A stretch of 64,000 nucleotides of DNA, taken from IMG/VR virus record IMGVR_UViG_2974719393_000001, positions 14,072 through 78,071 of that record, one strand, 5' to 3'. The stretch is from a virus (lineage: Duplodnaviria; Caudoviricetes). Position 1 is the stretch's first letter, and the number at the start of each line of letters is the position of its first letter. Made by a program: the position numbers and the translations under genes. Shown piece by piece: positions 40,232-49,383 of this stretch. The notes below the pieces were generated by a model that worked only from the letters and a program-made list of their open reading frames with translations, searched no databases and was not told the origin of the DNA.

Positions 40232-40240
40232 GAAACCCCC

Positions 40241-40975
40241 TTATAGGCGTGGATTAACACGCATGCCTTCAAAGCCTTTACGAGTAATAGTACTTAATTT
40301 CTTGTAATACTTCACGCCGGATGTAGACGCTAGGTATGCCACTTGCGGCTTACCCATTGCTGCCGCAATGTGTAGCGCCGCCGTGTCACAAGAAACAACC
40401 ATATCTGCGATTTGGACGTAACGGATAAATACCGGTTCTGCGATTTCTTTAATCTGTTGACACACTTCCGTGTCGAAACCAAAGTCAACATCTGTACCTA
40501 GAATAAAGATTGCGTATTCCTTGTGGTATTTTTCAACCACTTCCAACACTTCCTTACGTGTCATGGAACGGGAGTCTGCTTCTCCACCTGAGCCATGAGG
40601 CTGTAACATAAGGATTGGTCGGTCCGAGTGTATAGACGCAGGAATGTGTCGTAAGTCGGGGCTGTACGGTAGGTTATCGCCTTTAGGTACGGTCAGACCT
40701 AGTTCCGTTAGAAATGCTTCGACGAGGTTGAGCTTTCCAGCGCGGTAGTCCAGATTCCAGTATGGTTCCGGTTTTACAACTTCAAAGCCTTCAAGCTTAT
40801 CTTGTAAATTCGGAGTACCAAGGGCAAGGACATTTAAACCAGAGCCTGTATAGGCGAATTCCCAACCACCGGTTAGGACAATCAATTCATGCTTCTTGTT
40901 CAACTCTTTTAACGCAGGGATAGCGCAGAGTACCCGGCCTAAGCCACCGTCAATAATCACAGCTAGTTTTTTCAT
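40241..40975 (-). CDS. GT9-like (heptosyltransferase fold) glycosyltransferase
   Basis: N-terminal KLAVIIDGGLGRVLCAIPAL, ILMLQPHGS..SRS, C-terminal VVSCDTAALHIAAAMGKPQV..AST. ATG 40975 is coupled to the upstream TGA. Confidence 0.85.
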   Translation of the reverse strand: MKKLAVIIDGGLGRVLCAIPALKELNKKHELIVLTGGWEFAYTGSGLNVLALGTPNLQDKLEGFEVVKPEPYWNLDYRAGKLNLVEAFLTELGLTVPKGDNLPYSPDLRHIPASIHSDRPILMLQPHGSGGEADSRSMTRKEVLEVVEKYHKEYAIFILGTDVDFGFDTEVCQQIKEIAEPVFIRYVQIADMVVSCDTAALHIAAAMGKPQVAYLASTSGVKYYKKLSTITRKGFEGMRVNPRL

Positions 40976-40976
40976 A

Positions 40977-41195
40977 TCAGTCTCGTGTACGTTGTAATTG
41001 TTGTTGTTCGACATATGCGCGGATATACGCAACGTCATTTGCCATTAATTCTAGCTTATCTACACGGTCATCCAAGTCATTAATTGACTGAGAGTTGACA
41101 GCTGTCTCGGTATGGGTAGTAAAAATACCGATTCCGCCTGCAGTTAATAAGCCAGCCAGAGCAGTAGTTACAATGGTACTTACTGGTAGGTTCAT
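40977..41195 (-). CDS. single-TM coiled-coil protein (holin/antiholin- or spanin-like)
   Basis: N-terminal hydrophobic helix, coiled-coil tail, ATGA overlap with the holin. Confidence 0.55.
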   Translation of the reverse strand: MNLPVSTIVTTALAGLLTAGGIGIFTTHTETAVNSQSINDLDDRVDKLELMANDVAYIRAYVEQQQLQRTRD

Positions 41196-41683
41196 GGTTT
41201 TTCGCCTCGTCGTTTCTGTTCATCAGCACCCAACCAGAAAGCAATAGCCGTCGAACCGAAACCAATTAAGGCACCGATAAGCATATTGACCATATCGCGA
41301 TTTCCATCAGGGATGGTAACAGTGAACAAGGCTAATAATGCTGCTGTGAGCAACGCCATAATGCCACCGGTAAGAAGTGCGGGAACGTTTGATTGAGTAT
41401 TCATCTGCATAGTTCGTGCACTTTGCTTATCTGCTAAACGTAGCTCAAGCTCGCGCACTGTCATGCTATGAATCTCTTCTTTGTGGTTCAGCTCAATCTC
41501 CTTCAAGCGCACAAGCGCATCCGGGTCATTTTTGATAGCCGCAGCCACGTCTTCTGGATTCGGGTTGGCCCCGAACACGCTTGCAATAAGTGTCCCAGCT
41601 GCTGTACCTACTGGACCACCTAAAAGGCCACCCAACACAGGGGCAGCCGATGCAACAGTTTTACCTAAGTCTTTCCAATCCAT
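41192..41683 (-). CDS. putative holin (GTA 3TM holin-like)
   Basis: MDWKDLGKTV..AAPVLG.LLGGP.G, DKQSAR.MQ, two C-terminal TM helices ending AFWLG. Confidence 0.75.
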   Translation of the reverse strand: MDWKDLGKTVASAAPVLGGLLGGPVGTAAGTLIASVFGANPNPEDVAAAIKNDPDALVRLKEIELNHKEEIHSMTVRELELRLADKQSARTMQMNTQSNVPALLTGGIMALLTAALLALFTVTIPDGNRDMVNMLIGALIGFGSTAIAFWLGADEQKRRGEKP

Positions 41684-41685
41684 GG

Positions 41686-42072
41686 TTACCCCCAGAGATT
41701 AGCAAGTTGCTTAATCCACACAGTAGTGAGGATAGCACGGTATTTGAAAGTAAACTGATGTTCCATTTTGTGACGGGACACCCATTTACGATAAATATTG
41801 TCAATGCACATACCTTTATGCTCCAGAACCATGTGAGGTTCCCAAGTAGATTTGACTCGAACGTAGTGGAATTTTATCTGACGAGTCAGAATCATCCAAT
41901 ACAGTTTTAGCCAACTACCTTCAGCAATAAGCCAGTATGCAATCCACAGGGAATAGTCCTCGCAGTCACCATTGAGATGTCCCTTTGCGTCAGGTTCCAT
42001 AAGGGTCCAACGGTCTGTATGCCTATCAGATTTGTAATGGAATCGACTGTTTAAATAATTCAAATTTTTCAT
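41686..42072 (-). CDS. transglutaminase-like cysteine peptidase (BTLCP/LapG-like)
   Basis: GDCEDY...HMVL...IDN Cys-His-Asp triad. Confidence 0.75.
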   Translation of the reverse strand: MKNLNYLNSRFHYKSDRHTDRWTLMEPDAKGHLNGDCEDYSLWIAYWLIAEGSWLKLYWMILTRQIKFHYVRVKSTWEPHMVLEHKGMCIDNIYRKWVSRHKMEHQFTFKYRAILTTVWIKQLANLWG

Positions 42073-42177
42073 TACAACTCACCTTCGATAATATTTCGAT
42101 ATAATCTATAGCTCTGTAATAGCAATCCAATATATAAACGTACCTAAACTACACAAAATACTAGTACTTTAAATTAA

Positions 42178-44718
42178 TTACGCCAGATTTGGTAAAGCCC
42201 TCCAGTGAGAATAAGTTGTCTTTGCATTTACAGGTATAAAACGACCTGCTGGAACAGGTGTTGTAATTGTCAAGTCATTGCCTGATTTGGATGTCAACTG
42301 TGTCCAATGCCATGTACCGTTATCCATCTCAAAACCACATATACTACCAAACCCGGTTCCTAACCACCCTCCTGGATTGGTTACTATAACTACAGAATCC
42401 CCTGCGTTTGCTTGCGCACTTACAATAGAGGTGTCCTCATCAAAGAGACAAATATACCCAATAGGGACTCCTATAGCTGGAGTAGGGTCATCCCAACGGG
42501 AACCTGCATTAAAGTAGCCTTGGTCTGGTAAAGTATCTCTGAAAATCCTCTCTCTGTAGCGTTCAGGGGATGAAACTTCTCGCTCAAGGATAGCATGGTC
42601 TGTTACTGCAAAGATGCCGGGCGTTTCGCTTTCTAATGCGTAATCATTGGTATTACCTTTGAATTCATTACCTTGAATAATACCATTTTTCTGAGTGATA
42701 GTAGTAGATAATCCAAACGTACAGCCTGAGATTGTGTTACCTCTGACACTACAACGAGAACCTCGTATACGTATGCCCTGCTCTGTTATTACACCTGAAA
42801 CAAAATCAGGTTCTGTTAACGCACTCGGGTTCGTTATTGGCGTGTACGTCCTGATTACGTTACCGTTAAGAGAGGTATCTTCTGCTGAGCACGTAATACC
42901 ATACGGAGCACAGTTTAAAAGCAGATTATTAGCACAAATATTATCAGAATTAGCCACCGTAAAACTAGGGGTATTTGTTGAGCTTAGAATTATACCTCCA
43001 CGATTAGTTGCATTAATTACTGTATTACCTGTAATATTGCAAGCCCCGTGATAGATTGCTTGAATACCCCATGATACGTTTTTTACTAGGTTATTAGCAA
43101 TCACCCCATGGCCGTCATAATTGCCTTCACCCCAAGCAATACCACCACAATTTGCAGCGTTTGAAATTACATCTCCGTATACCGTATTACTAGTGATAAT
43201 ACAGTGACCTGTTGCTTGAATAGCCAAAGAATTGATATCTCCATTGCAACCAGAAACAATATTACCGGAGATGATACTTTGGTAACAACGCCCATTGAAG
43301 TTAATACCCGTATATTTACAATCATGGACTTGATTATTAACAACTTTAAAGTACCCATCGCCACTTTCCGCGCAAATACCAATCATGCTCATATCATACA
43401 CTTGGTTATCATGGACATTCACATTAATAACATTTCTAAAAAGAATACCACGACCTTTAGCTAAGCCGAAATTCTGATAGACACCTGTACCTTGTATTAC
43501 AATGCCATATACTTCAAAATTACGAAGTTCTGTACCTACAGCGGGTGTTGCAATACTCTCCTGGCTAGAGAAGTGCAACGGAATATGTGCATTAGCTTCT
43601 GTCTTAATTATACTTTTATACCCATCTCCGGAAATTGTCACATTGTTCCCATGAACCCACAGACAGGCTTTATTTTCATCTTGTGTTGTGACTTTGTAGT
43701 ACACATCCGCAGAGGGTATGTACACTCGACCGCCACCTTGTGCTATTACAAAATCAATGGCTGCTTGAATAGCAGCAGTATCATCTACAATGCCATCTCC
43801 TACAGCCCCAAAATCTTTTATATTCACAAAATCTGCAAAGTGATTAGCCAAAGTTCTAGCTGTAAGTCTGTCCGTCGGTGTAACCAAAGAATTAGAGGCA
43901 ACAATGGCTCCCCAATCATTACCATCCCAATACCTTAATTCACCTTGATTACCACCAAAATCCTGCCAATAAGTAGCACCAATTTGTAACGGCTGCCCTG
44001 TGTTATCAAGTAAAGGAGGAGAAGTTTTAGCACCGAGATATTTACTTTCAAAATTTGTGAGTACGACATCAGCCGCTGAAGCTGATAAAGCTGAAGAGTC
44101 AGCAAAAGCGGAAGCAGAGGCCGCACTCGTACTGGCATTCGTTTCAGATGTACCTGCAGCAGCTTCACTTGCAGCCGCAGCAAGTTCTGAATTACCAGCA
44201 TTAATCTCTGACAAAGCAGCAGCCGTTTCACTGTTTGCAGCATTATTCGCAGAGGTATTAGCGTTAGCTTCGGAGGTTGATGCATTTGACTCGGAGGTCG
44301 CGGCATTTGCTTCCGATGTAGCAGCAGCAACTTGAGAAGCTTGAGCCGCATCACGTGCATCTTGTGAATCACTCATTGCAGTAAGAGCGGAGTCACGGGC
44401 ATCCTGTGCTTGTTGTGCTGCCTGCACTACAGTATCGGCATCCGACACAACCCATACACCAGGGTCAGCATCGTAGTACTGCAAGTTGCCGTCAGTTTCA
44501 TTTAGGTAAAAGTTACCGGCTACAAGAGGTGCGCCATCACGACCTTCAGTTGGGGCATTTTCAAATGCACCCAAGTAAAGGTTCATAACGTCTACACCAC
44601 CAGCGGCAGCAATAACTTCTTCGATATTCTCAGCGACTAGTTCCACCGCATCATATGCAGTGTTATCGAACTTCTCGACTGGAGTCGTATTATTGTGGCT
44701 CTGTGGTACGCGAGGCAT
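42178..44718 (-). CDS. tailspike / depolymerase with right-handed beta-helix
   Basis: N4-type anchor (AYDAVELVAENI), Ala/Ser heptad stalk, VNIKDFGAVGDGIVDDTAAIQAAID, Asn-ladder repeats; AGGAG SD before ATG 44718. Confidence 0.88.
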   Translation of the reverse strand: MPRVPQSHNNTTPVEKFDNTAYDAVELVAENIEEVIAAAGGVDVMNLYLGAFENAPTEGRDGAPLVAGNFYLNETDGNLQYYDADPGVWVVSDADTVVQAAQQAQDARDSALTAMSDSQDARDAAQASQVAAATSEANAATSESNASTSEANANTSANNAANSETAAALSEINAGNSELAAAASEAAAGTSETNASTSAASASAFADSSALSASAADVVLTNFESKYLGAKTSPPLLDNTGQPLQIGATYWQDFGGNQGELRYWDGNDWGAIVASNSLVTPTDRLTARTLANHFADFVNIKDFGAVGDGIVDDTAAIQAAIDFVIAQGGGRVYIPSADVYYKVTTQDENKACLWVHGNNVTISGDGYKSIIKTEANAHIPLHFSSQESIATPAVGTELRNFEVYGIVIQGTGVYQNFGLAKGRGILFRNVINVNVHDNQVYDMSMIGICAESGDGYFKVVNNQVHDCKYTGINFNGRCYQSIISGNIVSGCNGDINSLAIQATGHCIITSNTVYGDVISNAANCGGIAWGEGNYDGHGVIANNLVKNVSWGIQAIYHGACNITGNTVINATNRGGIILSSTNTPSFTVANSDNICANNLLLNCAPYGITCSAEDTSLNGNVIRTYTPITNPSALTEPDFVSGVITEQGIRIRGSRCSVRGNTISGCTFGLSTTITQKNGIIQGNEFKGNTNDYALESETPGIFAVTDHAILEREVSSPERYRERIFRDTLPDQGYFNAGSRWDDPTPAIGVPIGYICLFDEDTSIVSAQANAGDSVVIVTNPGGWLGTGFGSICGFEMDNGTWHWTQLTSKSGNDLTITTPVPAGRFIPVNAKTTYSHWRALPNLA
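44050..44420 (-). repeat. Ala/Ser-rich (A..SE.NA) heptad repeats in tailspike stalk
   Basis: AATSEANAATSESNASTSEANANTSANNAANSETAAALSE... Confidence 0.7.
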
Positions 44719-44729
44719 GAGTAGTCTCC

Positions 44730-45428
44730 TTAAACCCAACCATTAGAATGGAACGCATTGTTCGCTTCTGGTGAAATATTATTGACCGTAATGTATTTTT
44801 GTAGGAACAACAACTGTTCCTCATACATCATCTTTTGGTTCATCGAAATAGCCTGAGCTTCTGCACTTTGGTTTGGCATGTATGCACGCCATGTAACGTA
44901 ACAAAGCAAAGCAGATAGCGCCACCTCAGGTAACTCCAATTCAACTGACGACGGGTCAGACACATCACTAAGTTTAGGGTGGTCAGCACGGTACTGCACA
45001 AATGTGCTATTACCTGTTACTGGTGTCGGAATCTGTACGCTCAGTGGAGTCGGAGTGTAGTAAGAATTTGACGCACTATTGTCATTTATTGGAACCAAAC
45101 AGCCTGCTTCATCATAGAAAGCTGTGATGGCCAAAATGTCATCAGTGAATTCATTACCATCATCGTCATCGATATACTTCTGCTCAGTGGATTCCGTGTT
45201 TGAGTACGCGTGCTTCGAGTTCAAGTAGTAAATAACTGTACCGTCATCTTGGTCAAGAATCAGTTCACTATCCTTGAGTGGGAATCGGGTGTAAATATCA
45301 CGCAGACCAAGCTGCGTGAAGTTAGCAAATTTTTGATAGGAATCAGTTTTAATCATTCCATTAACTACGTCACCGGTATTTGCCAGTGGGCCTAAAGCCA
45401 AGTAGTTAAATACATCCAGTAAAGTCAT
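44730..45428 (-). CDS. head-tail adaptor (N4 gp67-like)
   Basis: GL.DIYTRF.LK, YRADHP, LELP...ALL.YV, FHSNGWV end; downstream of terL. Confidence 0.8.
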   Translation of the reverse strand: MTLLDVFNYLALGPLANTGDVVNGMIKTDSYQKFANFTQLGLRDIYTRFPLKDSELILDQDDGTVIYYLNSKHAYSNTESTEQKYIDDDDGNEFTDDILAITAFYDEAGCLVPINDNSASNSYYTPTPLSVQIPTPVTGNSTFVQYRADHPKLSDVSDPSSVELELPEVALSALLCYVTWRAYMPNQSAEAQAISMNQKMMYEEQLLFLQKYITVNNISPEANNAFHSNGWV

Positions 45429-45437
45429 GATGTCCCC

Positions 45438-47060
45438 TTAAACAATATATGAGTCGGTGCCGTATGTGTCATCGTCGTCTTCATCCATACCCCAATATTT
45501 AGTATCAGCATCGTGATAATGTTTGGGTAGGGCTTGGCCCGCAGGTTTCCAAGCACGCATTACAGATAGCATTGAAATTGTATCAGCAAAATCGTCATGC
45601 TTCGACTTGAAACCATCACGCGCTACAAGACTAAGTTCTTCGTAGGCTTCCAACATCGGCTTCGAATCGCGCATCTGTTCAGGGAAGTGAATCATCTTCT
45701 GCTTGAACCAAGGCACTACTGTATTGAATCGTACGAATTTCTGTACGTTCGGGCGTACACCTGGTTTACCACCGTTAGAATCAGACGCTAGGTTGAACAA
45801 GATATTGCGGTGACGCATCTCTTTCTGTAGCAATGAGATGAAACCACCTTGTTGACCTGACACCTCGATACCAACTTCTTTGGGGTCCCACTTCTGCACT
45901 AGACGGAATAGGTGTTCAAAGTTTTGGTCCATGGTGCAGCGCTCACAGATACCATCTACCCAGAACCAATGACCATTAGAGTCGTAGGCCCAGACGGAAA
46001 TCACAGAGTAGTCGGCAGACATTTTCTCTGATGTCGCAAAGTCGGTAGTAATGTAGTAGTGGTAGTACTGCTTGTTCTTGACGATATCGTCTCGGTTGTA
46101 CCACATGATGTCATCTTCGCCGATGAGACGTTCCTCATCCGACATGATTCGCAGCATCAATTCTTGGTTAAACGTATCTGGTCGTCCGTTCGCCATAGCG
46201 AAGTCATATTGCTCTTTGATGAACGCATATGTGAAACGGTCTGGCCAAGAACCACGGAAATCAGCCTCGTCACATGGGTATTGTTCACAAACAGGGTAGA
46301 CGTTCACCCACCAACCACCAGATTCCACCGCTTTGTACAGTGGGTCTTTAGCGTTAAACGGAGTGCCTGACCAAATAACCTTTTTACGGCTAGGTGCCAG
46401 TGCGTGTTCTACCGCTTTATAAATGGTTGCCTCGACGTTCTCAATAACTGTTGGTGATTTAGCGTCTTCATCCGACAAAAGGTCATCGAGTACGGCCAAC
46501 ACTGGACGAGTACCCATCTCTTTCGCACCACGAACACCGGTCTTCGCACCATATCCTTTGATTACGGTCTTAACACCGTCGATATTAGTGAATTCCCAGC
46601 GAACATCTGTGAATCGTACGCCTTTACGTGGAAGGTACTTCTGAAGGAAGTCCGAGTTTTCCCAACGGTACTCCAAGTTCTTACGCATGTTCTTCACACC
46701 ATTCTCAATGGAGTCAGATACGTACAGAGCTAGTGGAACTTTACCGAATCCTGGGAGTTCTCCGTACACAGCGATGTACAAGAACAGGTATTCACCTAGA
46801 AGTGTGGTCTTTGCCATACCACGGTGACACAGGTTGATGGTCTTCGAGCGCATACCGGCTACGTTATCCAGCATCTTGTAGTGAACTACTGGAGTTAAGT
46901 TCTCTTCACCTTCAGTACCGTTAACCAGTTTGATGAAGTTCACGAATTCTAAGGCGAATGCACTAGGGACATAGGTCGGGTCTACCGAATAGTCCACGGA
47001 GTTGAGCCATTCAACTACCGTCTTTTTAGGTGGTTTCTCAATAACGACGTTATTCATCAT
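45438..47060 (-). CDS. terL: terminase large subunit (N4 gp68-like)
   Basis: CHRGMAKTT, VLDDLLSD, WSGTPF, TTDFATSEK, HDDFADTISML. Confidence 0.95.
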   Translation of the reverse strand: MMNNVVIEKPPKKTVVEWLNSVDYSVDPTYVPSAFALEFVNFIKLVNGTEGEENLTPVVHYKMLDNVAGMRSKTINLCHRGMAKTTLLGEYLFLYIAVYGELPGFGKVPLALYVSDSIENGVKNMRKNLEYRWENSDFLQKYLPRKGVRFTDVRWEFTNIDGVKTVIKGYGAKTGVRGAKEMGTRPVLAVLDDLLSDEDAKSPTVIENVEATIYKAVEHALAPSRKKVIWSGTPFNAKDPLYKAVESGGWWVNVYPVCEQYPCDEADFRGSWPDRFTYAFIKEQYDFAMANGRPDTFNQELMLRIMSDEERLIGEDDIMWYNRDDIVKNKQYYHYYITTDFATSEKMSADYSVISVWAYDSNGHWFWVDGICERCTMDQNFEHLFRLVQKWDPKEVGIEVSGQQGGFISLLQKEMRHRNILFNLASDSNGGKPGVRPNVQKFVRFNTVVPWFKQKMIHFPEQMRDSKPMLEAYEELSLVARDGFKSKHDDFADTISMLSVMRAWKPAGQALPKHYHDADTKYWGMDEDDDDTYGTDSYIV

Positions 47061-47757
47061 CTACGTCCTCGATTTCGCCTTCGATAATAGGCGTGTGGGC
47101 TACCTGCTGCGCAGTCATCCCACCGCCAGCAATGATTTGTTGTTGTAGTTCGGCCATCTTGCGCATTGTTTCACGCAGTTCACCAACATGGCTGGAGTTC
47201 TCGTTAACATTGATGTCAACTTGCAGCTTGGCATTTTCTTCTTCAGGTGGCTTAGTGTGTGTAAGTACTGAGTTCGCCGCGTCAGAACGTACCTTCTCAG
47301 AGGTAGCAGTCATCATAATCTCAGCTTGTACGTTCAGAGCTTTCTGACGGATGTCCATATTCTGGACATAGAAGCTGATGGACACTTTTTTGATGACTTC
47401 TTCCACGCACTTACTGTTGGCGAAAGCCGACACATAACGTGAAATCTCTTTATCCGACTTACCTTGAGCCAACCAGTCTTGGTATTTGTCAGGGAATGTC
47501 TTGATAAAGCTTGAAATATTGGTTTCGCCCATTGATTTGAACGTAGCGTACTTACAAGCATTGATGTACTGCTCGAAGGTGTAGCGACCTTGCTTAATTA
47601 CGTCACTCGAACTAATCAATGTGTCACGGACAAAGCTGGCCGTATCAGGGTCATTAATTAGTGCGTTGACGTCGTCAACGTATTGTTGGTCGATTAACTT
47701 CTGCACAGACTTCGGAGCAATACTTTGAAGCATTTCAACGGATAATTCGTTTTTCAT
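47050..47757 (-). CDS. N4 gp69-like protein (putative terminase small subunit)
   Basis: TFPDKY, SEKVRSDAANSVLTHTKPPE; immediately upstream of terL. Confidence 0.8.
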   Translation of the reverse strand: MKNELSVEMLQSIAPKSVQKLIDQQYVDDVNALINDPDTASFVRDTLISSSDVIKQGRYTFEQYINACKYATFKSMGETNISSFIKTFPDKYQDWLAQGKSDKEISRYVSAFANSKCVEEVIKKVSISFYVQNMDIRQKALNVQAEIMMTATSEKVRSDAANSVLTHTKPPEEENAKLQVDINVNENSSHVGELRETMRKMAELQQQIIAGGGMTAQQVAHTPIIEGEIEDVDDE

Positions 47758-47796
47758 GAGAGTCTCTCTGTAGGGATTGTGTAGTAAACATATCAT

Positions 47797-47957
47797 AGTA
47801 TAACCCGCTTCGCGGGTTCTTTGCGGTTTTTCCGAACTTTCGGGAGTGACACCTCGATAATTTCCGAATAGTCAGAAGAACAATTGCCTGATACCCTAAT
47901 CCACCCCGCCAGGGGTGGTATTAGGGTTATTCCATTCCACTAGTAAGGTGGATATTT
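47797..47957. promoter_or_regulatory. divergent intergenic region with hairpin cluster and possible late -10 box
   Basis: AACCCGC-TTC-GCGGGTT (47802-18); ACCCTAATCCACCCC-GCCA-GGGGTGGTATTAGGGT (47893-927); TATACT on minus strand at 47797-802. Confidence 0.5.
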
Positions 47958-47981
47958 ATCCATGACTGTGAGTATTTCCAC

Positions 47982-48497
47982 ATGATTAAACCTACTGTTA
48001 CTTATGTCATTGATGGTACTGAATACACACAATTTACTGTCAATGACGAGTTTACTCCTTTCGCTATATCTCGTAATGGTACGATTATTAATCTTGAAAC
48101 AAATCGAATTCGTAAAAGCTTCTTACACCGTAAACTAAGTTATTTAGTTTTTGACGTTAAATGTTATGGGATAACAAAACAGCTATATGTTCACCGTATA
48201 GTTTGTGCAGTTTACCATTACCAATCTAATCAAAATTTATACGTAGACCACATTGATGGGGACAAGTTAAATAACTACTGGTTAAACGTACAGTGGGCTT
48301 CTGCTGCCCAGAATACGCAAAAATACTTTGGTACGTTGAACAAAGAGATTTGTCTTATTGCACCTGACGGCACAAAACATGTAACTACCAATTTGTATCA
48401 ATTTTGTAAACAACACGGTTTGACCCCGTCACGTATGAGTGATGTAAAGAACGGCAAGTTTAAACAACATAAAGGTTGGCAAGTCCAACAGGAGTAA
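47982..48497 (+). CDS. HNH homing endonuclease
   Basis: YVHRIVC...VDHIDGDKLNNYWLNVQW; C-terminal FCKQHGL...HKGW. Confidence 0.88.
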   Translation: MIKPTVTYVIDGTEYTQFTVNDEFTPFAISRNGTIINLETNRIRKSFLHRKLSYLVFDVKCYGITKQLYVHRIVCAVYHYQSNQNLYVDHIDGDKLNNYWLNVQWASAAQNTQKYFGTLNKEICLIAPDGTKHVTTNLYQFCKQHGLTPSRMSDVKNGKFKQHKGWQVQQE

Positions 48498-48503
48498 AGA
48501 TTA

Positions 48504-48785
48504 ATGTCACGCGCTATTAATACGCATGAACCTCGTACAGCTAAGATGGAAGTTTCATTGGTTTCAGAATTGTTAATCAAGTTCTACGGCAATAAGTCTC
48601 ACGTAGCTGAACATTTGAAACTTCAACGCACCACCTTGAACAAGTACTTAAACGAGTACGGTGACATCATGATGATGAAGTTCGGTGACCAGTGGGTTCC
48701 ATTGACTCAGCTGTCTCGTCGTCACAACGAACCAAAGGTAGATATCCAAGAGGTTATCGATGCCATTAATAAAGTCCGACTATAA
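48504..48785 (+). CDS. NinH/Fis-like HTH protein
   Basis: SELLIKFYGNKSHVAEHLKLQRTTLNKY resembles lambdoid NinH; AGGAG SD. Confidence 0.65.
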   Translation: MSRAINTHEPRTAKMEVSLVSELLIKFYGNKSHVAEHLKLQRTTLNKYLNEYGDIMMMKFGDQWVPLTQLSRRHNEPKVDIQEVIDAINKVRL

Positions 48786-49146
48786 GTTTCGTATCCTGTT
48801 CAAATACGAACATGGGTACAACTACCTAATGGAAGACAAAGCCTATTTAATTTTTGGTGTCATCAAATACCAAGGCGTCAAGTTATTTATGCGTCGTCCA
48901 AAGGAAATTCGCATCGACCCTAACTACCCAATTAGTGTGGATGAGGAGGCTAGAGACTTATTCAAGCAAATGTCTTTCGCTTGTCATCCACGCGGTACGG
49001 TAGCATACGGGATTGATAAAAAGGACCTAGCCAAAGTTTTAATCAATATGCCCGGGTGGGCTACCGGAAATGGTAACCAGTTCCGCCCACAACGTATGAA
49101 ATGGGAGTCAGAGCATGGCTGGAGAAAATTCGATTCAACAACATAA
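48760..49146 (+). CDS. hypothetical protein
   Basis: GAGG SD; overlapping operon. Confidence 0.65.
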   Translation: MPLIKSDYKFRILFKYEHGYNYLMEDKAYLIFGVIKYQGVKLFMRRPKEIRIDPNYPISVDEEARDLFKQMSFACHPRGTVAYGIDKKDLAKVLINMPGWATGNGNQFRPQRMKWESEHGWRKFDSTT

Positions 49147-49324
49147 TCAGCACCCAGAATTAGACGATGTGTGGAAGAAGTACAATGAAGCCCCTGATGC
49201 TTGGCTTCGAGCTCGTATGGAAAATGGTTTTAATCTACCACCCACGGCTACGCAAAAACGTATGGATATGCTTAAAACAATTTTGACTCTTCGTACGATT
49301 GGGGTATTGAAAGCACCCACTTGA
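49115..49324 (+). CDS. small protein, family B (C-terminal LxLRxIG)
   Basis: Ends LKTILTLRTIGVLK. Confidence 0.6.
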   Translation: MAGENSIQQHNQHPELDDVWKKYNEAPDAWLRARMENGFNLPPTATQKRMDMLKTILTLRTIGVLKAPT

Positions 49325-49383
49325 AAGTTCCAAGCCCAATACGGAATTGGGATAATCCGTCCAGATTATGAGGCAAATTCTTC

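Noticed and set aside
42178-43700. About 15 Cys in the tailspike beta-helix as further GT targets
   Set aside because: Inward-stacked Cys are common in beta-helices; the density and context are unremarkable.
47797-47981. tRNA gene
   Set aside because: No cloverleaf with a proper T-arm and acceptor stem could be built.
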